Positions 23,965-35,470 of a DNA stretch of 64,000 nucleotides are shown in pieces (the first letter of the stretch is position 1; each line of letters begins with the position of its first letter). The stretch is from Balanoglossus misakiensis (lineage: Eukaryota; Animalia; Hemichordata), in contig CM082586.2 of NCBI GenBank assembly GCA_040954595.2, positions 5,008,509 to 5,072,508 on the forward strand, read 5' to 3'. Made by a program: the position numbers and the translations under genes. Under the pieces are notes generated by a model. That model worked only from the letters and a program-made list of their open reading frames with translations. It did no database searches and was not told the origin of the DNA.

Positions 23965-26900
23965 ATGGTGGAAACCAAGCAAGCGCCCAATGGGTCAACA
24001 AACGGAATAGACAAACGCGGAGATTCACATATTTCACATCGAACGACTGAGGACGATGATATCGACCACGATGACTTTCGCTGCGGTTACTTCGGCTGTA
24101 AGCCCGAGTGTCTCCGCTGGATGGGGCATCCGAAATCGTTTATTGTGTTTCTAGTCATTTCGTCTACTTTGGCGCTTTGCATCTCGGGCGGCTATCTGGC
24201 CGGCATCTTGTCGACCATCGAACGGCGATACCAACTCCCGAGCGCCCTATCGGGGACGCTCCTGATGTTCAACGAGATCGGGTCGCTGACGACTATTCTG
24301 TTTGTGACGTACTTCGGATCCAAGGGTCACCGGCCGAGGATTATTGGCACCGGAGCGGTGCTCATCGGTATCGGGGCAATAGTGTCCGCCCTGCCGCAGT
24401 TGATGTCCCCGCCGCTCGAGCCCCCTCCTTCTCTCGATCTCAGCAACGGCTCCCAAGACGTTTCTGCGAGCACGTGCTCAGCAGGGAACAACGCCACCCA
24501 CGGTGACGACGTCTGCGATGACGTAGAAAACGGTGGCGGTGGCGAGGAGTATTTTTCCAGTCTTTTGTTTTTCATCATTGGGCAATTAATAATTGGGACT
24601 GGGAGCACTCCATTTATACCACTCGGGACGACATACATCGACGATGGGGTCAAAAAACATGAAACAGCTATTTATCTCGGTAAGTCTGAATAGTGACGTA
24701 CCCTCTCTGTCCTTATAAGGTCATTAACGGGTTCAAAAATGATATTTTCGGTCATTTTTTCACCTCCTTAAAAAAGTGAATTATCGAACAATTTGACTTT
24801 GTTTCTCGAGGTTGTGTGATCCAACATCAACTAGTATTTTATCGAAATGCAACCTCGACATATCTGGAGAATTCGCAAAACATATTTTATGATTGTTATA
24901 ATTTATTTTCAGCTTTCGTGTATGCATGTTTGATGGTCGGACCGATGCTCGGCTACGTGCTCTGTGCACGCACCTTGACCTACTACGTCGACTTCTACCG
25001 CGTCGATCAATCACTGCTGTCGTCTTTGACGCCGAAGGACCCAAGGTGGGTTGGCGCTTGGTGGATCGGATTCCTATTGGTCGGAAGTCTCATCATCTTT
25101 GCAAGCATACCTCTCTTCGGCTTTCCCAGACGCCCTTGCTCCAGGCACGCGGTGACGATCTACAGACAGAAACGAGCGGCTAAAAGGAAGGAGAATAAAC
25201 CGGAGAAGGCTTTGAAAGAAAAGCTTAAAGGTGAACCGCTGAAAAGAAACTAGCGATTGAAAAATGAAACATGAGAAAAAGGAGCGAGTGGGAATTAAGC
25301 TCTCTCGCGCTGACTCGAGGAACGGATAACAGAAACGAGAAAAATTTTACAGACAAAAAGTAAAGAGGAAAAGGGTGGGGATGTTCGCACCACTTCTTGT
25401 AAGACAAGAATAGTGACGTATCAATCTCTTTATGTGGTGTCGTCACGGTCCATTTTTCAGTCGTTTCTTTCTCGTTGCAGATTTCCCGCGTGCTCTGTGC
25501 CGACTTTTCACGAACGTGCCTCTGATGGCGGCGTGTCTGGGGATTTGCTGCGAGTTGGCCGTCGTCGCCGGTTTTTCCGTCTTTTTGCCGAAATACCTGC
25601 AACAACAGTTCGGAATACCGGCTGGGAAAGCTTCAATGCTGATGGGTAATATACAACATTTAATTAACATATACGTTAATTACCCACTACCCACAAAACG
25701 CCATAAGGTTCTAACAACGTCAAATATTTTTGTGTGTGTTTTTTAACCAGGCGTCTTGGTTATACCCGGTGGAGTTGTGGGGATGGTTTTAGGCGGGATA
25801 ATTGTGAAGAAATACAAACTATCACCGAAGGGTTGCGCTCGTATGGTGGCCATATTATCAGCCTTGAAGACAGTGGCGTATTTAGTACTCTTCGTGTTTG
25901 ATTGCGGCAACGCCAACATCGCTGGAATTTTCATCCCGTATTCCGATCAGTAAGTACGAAGGAAAAATCTATCAGCGCGTGCGCTATATTTATGGTTGTC
26001 AAGGAGATGAAATAAAGAAAGTAGACAAACTTTTCCACTCTCATTCACCGTACTCACTCACACCATCTCTTTCTGACAGAATGCCAAATTCTGATACTTC
26101 GCCAAGTTACTGGTCCGCATGCAATGTCGACTGCGCCTGCCCGTCGGATATCTACGCACCGGTCTGCGGCGTCGACGGGATCACTTACATTTCACCTTGT
26201 CACGCGGGATGCAGAGACGTTGCCAAGACAACAATCACAGGCCCAACTGGAGCACACTTACAGGTATATACGACAATTTATAACGTAACAAAGTGTCAAG
26301 AGTGTCATTTTTGATGAACGATTTCGTAGGCAAATCTTCAGATGTTAGCAAATCGCATACGCGGTCTTGGTGTAACAATCCGTTAAGTTATCAGATATTT
26401 CTGAATATTAAATGCAATATAAATTCGTTCACAATATTTCAAAACTACAAATATTAAACATCTGACTTCACAGAATTTCACCGATTGTTCGTGCATATTG
26501 ATTGGACACCCGGATGACGTACCAACCGAGCATGGGTATGCAATGTCCGCACCTTGTCCGATTGACTGTGATTACTTGTGGCCAACCCTGGCTGTTGTCT
26601 GCGTTGGGTTTCTGGTCGCCACCATGGCGCAGAATCCAAGTATTCTGTTCATAATCAGGTAATCATTGAGCATCGTTACTTTATTGGTTTTGTATGATAT
26701 CTGAGATTATAGGTTGCTGTGCAGATGTGTAATAATTAATATTCAAATTACATGCCTATGCAAAAACAGCCGAAATACGCGACATTTTAACACACACCTG
26801 GGTACGTAGGACAATGTGTCTTGGTGGTGAGAATTAAGAAGTTTCAGAAAATTTTTCTCAACCCGCTGGGTTAGTGTTAAAAGTATTCTATACGCGCAAA

Positions 26901-27543
26901 TTACTCAAACCTATATACATCTTGCATTTACTATCTTTCATCAGGAGTGTCGCCGAAGAAGACAGATCATTGGCGATGGGTGTAAACATCATTATGATGC
27001 GAATATTTGGTAAGGTTTTAGTCAGAACCATACCTTCTTATACATTTTCCAGTTCGCATCGTCATTTGTGCGGGGCAAGAATGTTTAACGTGATAGTGGT
27101 AATTTAATATTGAATAATTACAACTGAACTATTCTTATTTGGCATTTTCCCGACATTGTTCCCAAAACTGACTCCCACGACATTTTTATTTCTTTGAAGG
27201 TTTTATTCCAGCGCCGATCATCTTCGGAACTGCGATCGATTCCGCCTGCGTGTTATGGAGCGAGACGTGCGGACAGAAGGGCGCGTGTCTGGTCTACGAT
27301 ATGGTCAGGTACAGATACGTTTACGTGGGGACGGCGACCGTGTTCATGGCGCTCGGCATCGTCTGCTTCGTCGTCGCCATGAGAACGGTCAGGGAGGGCC
27401 ACGAGTCGCAACAGTTGAGGGAGATGGAGGAAAAGGTCGGCTCTCGGCTCGGCGAGTCCTCGTCGAATGAAATTATCCTCCGTAGCAGGACGCCGAACGT
27501 GGACGCAGAAAAGGACAAAAGCGCCACCGAGTATTTCCTCTAG
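23965..27543 (+). CDS. Organic anion transporting polypeptide (SLCO4/5-like OATP), canonical paralog, 8 coding exons
   Basis: Exons ~23965-24679, 24913-25230, 25481-25645, 25751-25950, 26080-26263, 26474-26658, 26946-27010, 27200-27543. Intact signature DPRWVGAWWIGFL, TIERRYQL, YFGSKGHRPR, Kazal domain, MRIFGFIPAPIIFG, CGQKGACLVYD. Confidence 0.94.
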
Positions 27544-28371
27544 CTTTGGACGTTGTGAAAATGTCGAAGATGTAGACAGTACTATTTTTCTCTTGCGTCG
27601 AGCAGGTGATACCACATTTCTGTTCCGAAACAACGTAAACCAAAGAGCGCACATTGCAGTTTCTGACACGGTCGGGGAGGGGAGGGGGAGAGGGAGAGAG
27701 TAAGGAAGACACAGGCAGAATCCATGGGTTTTTCATAGGCATTACAATGCAATAAAAGATACTTTATGATTGTTTGGTCCAATATATGTCAACAGCCAGT
27801 AAATATATATCATTGTATATTTTTAAATATGAATTATGTAAATAAGTGAATCAGTTTCATTACAAGAGAAATTTTATTGAAAATCATTCAATGAAATTAA
27901 AAATCACCGTGATAATACTACGAAAGATTTTGTCTTTTTTCCGTCATATAGAAACAAGCACTGTCAAAGTAAATGGAAGAAAAACGAACTCAAGCTTTGT
28001 GCAAAAATAGACAGGCCATGATTCACTGGAACTTGCATTGTAGACATCAGTTGTTGGTTGCTACGAATTTACATAAATTTGCATAAACATGGCGGATGGC
28101 ACACATTCTAACACGTTTATGTCTGCTTGCATTTCAGACTGTATTGTTTTTAAGTGAAAATATACACATTACCAATCTGATATACGGCAAGTAATGTTAG
28201 AATTTCAATCAAACTTTGGAAAAAACTCACAGGGTATTTCAGTGGCTGCACATCCATGCAAAAAAAAAAAAAACAACAACACAACTTACATTATAATACA
28301 CTGTACAGTCTACAGTTAAGTACACACATAAAAAGTTCAGTATGCACAACAAAAACAACACACAACTAAAT

Positions 28372-28555
28372 ACACTGTAAAACGGGAAATTTTCACGAAT
28401 AATTCATTTTCACGAACTACGCGAGAGCCGGAAAAACGCGAAAATAACAAGTCGCGTAAAAATATTTTTTGGAGATAACGATGCAGTGAGAACACGAAAA
28501 TTAATCGCCGCGTAACACTTGCTGTTTTTGATATCGCGAAAAATTTCCTGTTGCA
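28372..28555. mobile_element. Degenerate MITE-like fragment
   Basis: actgtaaaacgggaaattttcacga ... tcgcgaaaaatttcctgttgca imperfect inverted ends with repeated cgcgaaaa motifs. Confidence 0.45.
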
Positions 28556-29735
28556 AAAATGTGAAATTCTGGGAATTGACACGTCATTTCTGTCAGATAT
28601 GCAAGTAGCACCGAGCTGGAAGGGAGTAAATGAAAAAAACAAGGGACGGAATTCTGAAAGTAAAGCTAGGTTTGGGTTGTTCATATTTGACAAATAAAAC
28701 CGTGTCTGCCTCCAAATGAAAAATCTCAAAATAAAACTTCATAATACTGACAACACTAAGAAAAACCACATTTGATATGATTATTTTAAAATCAACTTTC
28801 AAAATTATCACTCAATTTCTATTTTCCTGGGATTTTCAGATTTAAATTTACTATTGGGTGGAGATTCTACATATCAAATTTTAATTAAGATATATTAATG
28901 CAAGAATATGTTCAGCCATACACAATACAATACTGTGGACACACTTTATACTAATATCAAAATATATATAGAAAACCACCAAAAATGATAAAGTTATGAC
29001 GATACACAAAAATATTTTTCTTTGATTAACGGGTTAAGATGTCAGACTGTGAAGATCTTGGCAAGAATAATCAAACTGAATTTGTCAAGACCTTTAAAAC
29101 AAAAACAAGACAGTCTTGCAGTATAAGTTGATGCGATGTATTCACTTATGTTAACAGTTATTTTCAAACGCATACGAGATGAAATCATATGTTCCTTTAC
29201 CATTGAATTATTTACAAAAACCTTGTTGTTTTCTATTATAACATTAAAAAACTTTGAGATTTGCTTCACTTTGTACATGATGGGTTCAAAAGTTCACTAT
29301 AAGAATCCAAATCAAATCGAATTAAATCAAAGTGTTGATCACAGTATCTCCTGTGTATCCCTCATGTAGTGCATTTGGTTTTAAATAACAATTTTGTTCT
29401 ACTATCATCTGGTCTACATTCAAAACAACTCTTTGTTATGTTTGATTGTACTTACAATGTTTTCTGCCTTTTGTCAAATTTCACTTTCACTACACAATAA
29501 TTTCATAATCATTGTTTCAGTTCCACATAAAAAAATTGCCCTTCTCTTAACCAAGTTAGGATCATGTAATCTCACCAACACACACTTTCATTTCACCAAC
29601 ATCAACTTTTTTCCTTTCCCATTTCATAAGTGTATACTGTTACCTACCCATCCCAATTTAAAGTAGTCGGGCCCGACATCAGACCATTCAGCACTAATGG
29701 ACCATTCCAAATGTCGGCAAAGAGGGGTGAGAAGC

Positions 29736-32700
29736 CTAGGCATAGTCTGGGGAGTATGACCTGGCCGTCATGCTCCTGGACAGATTCTTCATGCTCTCGG
29801 CCATTTTCTCAAACTCGCCCCACTTCTGACTCTGTATACTGCTCTCCATCAGGTGTTTCCTCTCCGAGTCTTCCACCCTGTCTTCCAGGCTGCTCATCTT
29901 CACCTGGAGGTGCCGGGATTCGTCTTCCCTGTCTTTCAACTGTGGGAGACAACATTCCCAACATCAAGCAAGGAAAATAATACGTAGAAGACGTGATGTA
30001 TGTTTCCTGTTTGAAGCTGAACCATTTGCACCTTCACCCAGCAATGACCTATGAAGTCATTCACATATTTTCTTCTGAGCTGGGTTAGACAGCCAGCCGC
30101 AACAAAGTCAGCCAGAAAAATTATTCGCCAATAGTGTGATTATTACAGTAACTATAAATTGTCTTATTGAAGCATGCTTATTTGTGAAAATGTATAATCC
30201 TTTCACCACACTGGTTCAGTCCAAACCTATTGTTTCATATGGTTAGGTTAGACCACTAAAGAGGGGACTGGGGGTGAAAGGGTTAATATATGAAATGAGC
30301 ATCTCACCTGTTTCTGAAGTTCTGCCACGTGGTCGACCAGTAAACGCTTGTCTCTTCTCAGCTGGATGTTCTCGGCTTCAGTTGTGGTGTTCAGCGATTC
30401 CAGCTCTGTTAGCTTGCTGCGGACGGTGTTGGAGCTGAAAGACTGAGATGTGGCCAGCTCCTCTTGCGCGGATATCTGCGGGGGGAGGGGGAGGGGGGAG
30501 GGTGTGGTTGAGAGGGGTGGGTGGGAGGGCAGGAGGGATGGAGCGAGAGAGAGTTGTTATTGAAGTACGACAATGGTGATCCATCCAATCATACAACAAA
30601 CCCACCACCCTCACCAATAACACAAACAAAACTATTCACACTGAAAGATAAAAAACTATTACCTTTTCCATGTAGAATCTGATCCTGTCTTTTTCTTGCT
30701 GCAACTGATTCCTGGCTTGGTTCAACTCGAACTGCAGTTGCTGCTCTCGGTCCTTGACGGCCACAAGCTCTGTGATGTCTGCTGACCTCTTGGTGTCTCG
30801 GTCTTCACGTAAGGTGCGCTCCTAGACGTAAAGATGCAGGTGTATATTTGCCGATTTCACCCCTTTAACGATCATGGTTTGGCACATTCCAATGTTTTCT
30901 CAATGGTATGGTTGGGACCCATGCACTTGGGAGGAGGGGTGAAAGGGTTACCATGATTTGCACTATGTCCACCCAAGTCATGTTGTAGTCTCATATGCTT
31001 GGGTTTTCTCAAGTACACATTCCACCCAAAACCATTTTATGTACTGTACCATTGAGCATGCTTGCAACATTTGGGTGATTTACATATACTCTTCTAAATA
31101 GCCAATCAGACTTATCATTACACAACACTACATAAAAGTAGCCAATCAGACACATCATAACATAACACTTAGCCAATCAGGCTCATCATTACATAACACT
31201 ACATAAAAATAGCCAATCAGACTCATCATAACATAACACTTAGCCAATCAGACTGATCATAACATAACACTTACTCTGTCCAGTTGTTTCTGTAGGTCCA
31301 AGACTTGGGCACCCAGAAGAGCGTTCTCCTTCACCAATCCACTGCAGTCGTCAGACATCTGAGGAGATGAAGAAGGAATTCTTGAATACAAGTATTTTGT
31401 GATATTTTCAAGCAACCCCACTCCTTATATGTGGAAAACATTATGTCTCATTCACAGATCGGTGACTTACTTTGTTTCGTAGGTAACGGTCCTGGTCAGC
31501 ATTCATCTCTGCATCCTTCAACTTCTGTCTCAGTAATTTAATTTCATCCTAAAAGAAATATATAGTGCATGACAATTGATTATCTTATGCAATAGAATAC
31601 ACTAAGTACATGTACTGTCGAGCTCATTCTCTGTGGCATCATGGGATAGCAATGGCGGCCTTGTCTGAGTGTTCGTCATTTACTTACTCTCAGGTCCTGC
31701 ATTGCCTTGTCTTGTATGGCCGCGGTGCTGCTGTAGTATTTGTCCTCCAGTTCTCTGTACTGTGTCTGCGTCCGCAGGGTTTCTGCGCGTTTCTCTTCAA
31801 GCGACAGCTGGGTGGCTTTCAGCTGGTCACTCTTCTGCTCGAGCTGCGTGAAAAGAATTGTTTTCATGATCACAGAAATGCACTGTATGATACATCTAAA
31901 CTGTATGTAAAGTCATCACATGTCTCCAAAACATGTCATTATGACCAACATTTTTCGTGATTTCAGCTAATGACAACACAGATATGCCAATGGATTATTT
32001 TCCAATAAATTTCATGTCCTCCAAATGAAACCAAAATACCTGAAATTAAGATTCTGATAGCTACATAACACTAGTATCAGAAAGATACTCAATGGCTCAC
32101 CCAATTTGACTGTACTACTGTAGAGAGCATAAATTGGTTGCAGACATTTAGTTAATTCATAAATAACTGTCTATTTCCATGTACTACCAAAATGTGGCCA
32201 GTCTGACATGAGGAACACACTAAAAAGGTCCATCCTGATTAATCTTATCACATTGGTCTTTTGAAATGCTTGTTATGTTTAACCCCCTTCTTCCTCACCC
32301 ACCTGTGTTCTGAGGATTTGAATTTGGTGATCGGCCGACGAGAGAGACACACTCCCTTTGTCCAGTTCACTTCTGGCCGCCATGATTTGCTGCTCCTTGC
32401 TCAAGAGATCTCTACGATGACCGTCCAGTTGTTTTTTGAGTTGTACGATCTCCTCCACCAGGACCGATTTGTCTCGCGAAAAGGTTTCTGCAATGAATTT
32501 GAAAACAAATTATTTACCGTATATACTCAATGAATTCTGCATGATCATTCCTTAAAACTTGCGAGTTTTGCAAATACATGATGTAGATTGTACTCTCCTC
32601 ATCTTCCATTCCCAGAGTAAGTTTGGGATGTACAGTGAAACATGTTGTTATCAACACCTCTTTATTGAGGACAGACGTTCTTATACAGGTGTCTTTAATA

Positions 32701-35146
32701 GAGATTTTTTGTCAGTCCTCAATAAAGACCCGTTGATAACGAAGGGCAGAATTTATAGACAGATGACAAATTCACCTTCTGCTGTTCTCAGCCTCATGGT
32801 GGCTCTCTCCTTTTCCGTTTTCACCATGTCCAGGTTGGAGTCTTTTCTTTTCAGGTCGATTCCTAGGCCATCAATGTCATTTTGCATTTCCTTAACAACA
32901 GAAAAGAAGAGATTTGATGGTGAATCATCTGTATATATCATACAGCTGTCTTATCTTTAATTTTATCTTTCCAGCTTTCATTTTGGCAAACAGCAAGTAC
33001 AATTAATTTGTTATCTTAAAATAAAAAGAACTCACTCTTAATTTTCGCAACATCTTTTCAGCTTCTTCTGCCATTCTTGGCTGCATCTCCGTAGCTTTCC
33101 TGGCCTGTTCACGTGTGCATGGATGTCAAGGAATTGTAACCGAGATGAAATGCAAACAGATTTTCGAAACAGTTTTAAATGGGACAATAATCCATGAAAA
33201 TTGTGACTTTTGGGAATGTTTTAAAACAAATTTCAGTTTGTGATGTACAATGGATATGTTACAATTCATTTCTGGGAAGAAAAAAATATCTCATCTGACG
33301 ATCATAAAAATTGGTCTGCACTGAAGTCAGAACTCAAATCAAACCACAGCTTGCACACTCTACAGAGGTTATATACCCTTCCACTGCCATGGTTTGGTCC
33401 AAATCTATTGCTTTCTATGGTAAAGGTGGACCTCTATAGAGGAAAATGGGGGTGGAAGGGTTAAATGGCTAGCACTGACATATTGTCTTCAAAGGATATA
33501 AAAAGTTGGCTTCCAATTCCAAAAAGTAGATCTGTTGTTGGAGATTCTTGATGTACTCAGCCTCCACATTATGAAGATCATTCAGACTCCGATTGAGGGG
33601 TGATGTTTTCCTGTAAGTTGTAACACAAATGAAGGATAAATTATAAATTTTTTTATGAACCAACTGACTGTTAATCTCTGGCAATAATTATGGTACTTTG
33701 TACACCAAGATAAACCACACAGCGCATAAGAAATTTGGGTTAGTTGCAAATAAATTCTTATTTCCATATCAACCAAAAATTAGGGATGGTGTGGCTAGTA
33801 CAAGTGTCCACACTTATATTAATTCTGGCAGTTGAAACTAATTCCAAAACTTTAAAAAAAGTTTCAACATTAAAGACAAAAATATATCACCTGGAATTTG
33901 TTTTAATTTAAAAAGTTTGTGATTCTTATCAAATGGACATATTTGCTTTCATAAATATTCAGTAATCCCTTCAGAGGGCTTTAATAGGTTTTGGGTAGCA
34001 TGTGTTGCTAAGCAACAGGCCACCCTTTAGTGTGCTGCATTAAAAACTGGAACTTGTCCAAAGTTTAACATTAGCTCTAGTTGAAAGTTCATGGTGCTAC
34101 ACACTTAAAGGGGATCTCTCGGTATGTAAAGTATGAACAAAGCCTATTGTTCTCTTATCAGAAAAGTGTTAAAGCGTACTTCAATCTTATCATTTTGGAA
34201 TAAACACCGATTATACAACCTTTGTTGCGAAAATACCCCCCAAAATTACAAATCGTGGTTGTACTTTACATTTCAATTTATGCGCTGGTATTCCTATTGT
34301 TACCGTGGGTAACAATTCAATCTTGCATGACCATGCATTCTTTGGTGCCTAGCTACCTCACCGTGGTAACGGAGCCTGAATGTCACCTGTGTCACAGATA
34401 AGTTGACTTTTAAATAGTAGAACATAAAGACAGTAAAACTTACGAGCCAGGATTGAAATTGACTGCTAGGTTACTCTTCTTGCCGAAGCTACCAGATCGA
34501 TTCAGTGACTCTGTACCTATACATAAGATACATTATGTAAGATATATGATCAAAGGGCCAATACAGATAACAGTGTAGTAAAGCACAGTTAATTAAGTAA
34601 ATAACAGTGGTTTTCTACAGTTAGCATTGATAACATAACATTACAAAATTAACTGTTTGGGCCAAACTTTGAACACAAATTTGGCATTAAACTGATTTAT
34701 GGATAGGTCAATGATCCAAAGTGACATACTAAGATTTGATATATTATTTATCCACTGCACAATAATACTTTTTGCATCGGACAAACTGTGTCCAACATGG
34801 CCTGTTGTCGATTCACCTGGGGTAAATAACTTGTCAATTTCATAACGCGCAACGTTCTTTTAATTAAAGGGTCGACTTTAAAGCTCCGTTATTTCAACAA
34901 TGGCGAGCACGGGAACACAATGAGTTTGACCCCTGTTCACTGTTATCCTAAACTTAAAGTGACAGATACGGGATACCCTATGCATAGTACAATACAATAA
35001 TAGTTGACAGTGAGTGAGGCCATCCAGCTCGCACACGGAAAGAATCGCGCGACCCTTGTAATAAACAGAAGTCTGTGGAGTTATTTCTTACCTTTGGGCG
35101 ATTTCATACTATCCCTAAACCTCGCCATACTCGATATCGACGACAT
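29736..35146 (-). CDS. Uncharacterised coiled-coil protein, 12 coding exons, possibly ciliary/centrosomal
   Basis: Exons ~35146-35092, 34517-34444, 33611-33500, 33114-33036, 32890-32777, 32487-32324, 31844-31689, 31548-31471, 31358-31275, 30821-30663, 30476-30308, 29939-29736 join in frame: MSSISSMARFRDSMKSPK...EAEYIKNLQQQIYFLELEANFLREQARKA...QSQKWGEFEKMAESMKNLSRSM...DYA*; heptad-rich throughout. Confidence 0.85.
31099..31270. repeat. Intronic minisatellite with 40/31-bp units, each containing CCAAT
   Basis: 5 units of tagccaatcagactcatcataacataacact(+acataaaa). Confidence 0.9.
33115..33499 (-). other. U12-type AT-AC intron
   Basis: Donor TT|ATATCCTTT, branch site TTCCTTGAC (33133-33125) 10 nt before terminal AC; removal restores the frame (..ANFL REQARKA..). 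Confidence 0.93.
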
Positions 35147-35470
35147 ACTGCTGAATTTCCCGGCAAATCGCGCTTTCCCTTCAAAATTTAACTCCGGGGA
35201 AGTGACGCTGTGACCAGTGGCAACATCACGCGTTGCATTGTGGGTAAAGGATAGCTGTGATGACCTTTCTTGGGTCATGGGTCATCACAGTTTTGGTTTC
35301 GGTTTTCTGTAAAACACAGTTCGATTTAAATCAAATCATACAGAAACTACTTTTAATCAAACCACGAGAGAAGGAATGACCAGTTTGCAATCCAGATAAG
35401 GTAAGAAATTAAAAGTCATGTTAAGGTTATATTTCCGGTCTCTGTAATTGAATTGTGGGTAATTTTCAAA
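35147..35470. promoter_or_regulatory. Bidirectional promoter between the coiled-coil gene and VPS11
   Basis: Divergent ATGs 325 bp apart; ETS-like tttccgg at ~35432; YY1-like aaaatggcg over the VPS11 ATG. Confidence 0.65.

Noticed and set aside
30479-30545. G-quadruplex-like G-rich run
   Set aside because: Explained as the C-rich pyrimidine tract of a minus-strand acceptor
31099-31270. CRISPR-like array (also 17380-17525)
   Set aside because: No unique spacers, eukaryotic intron, no cas genes
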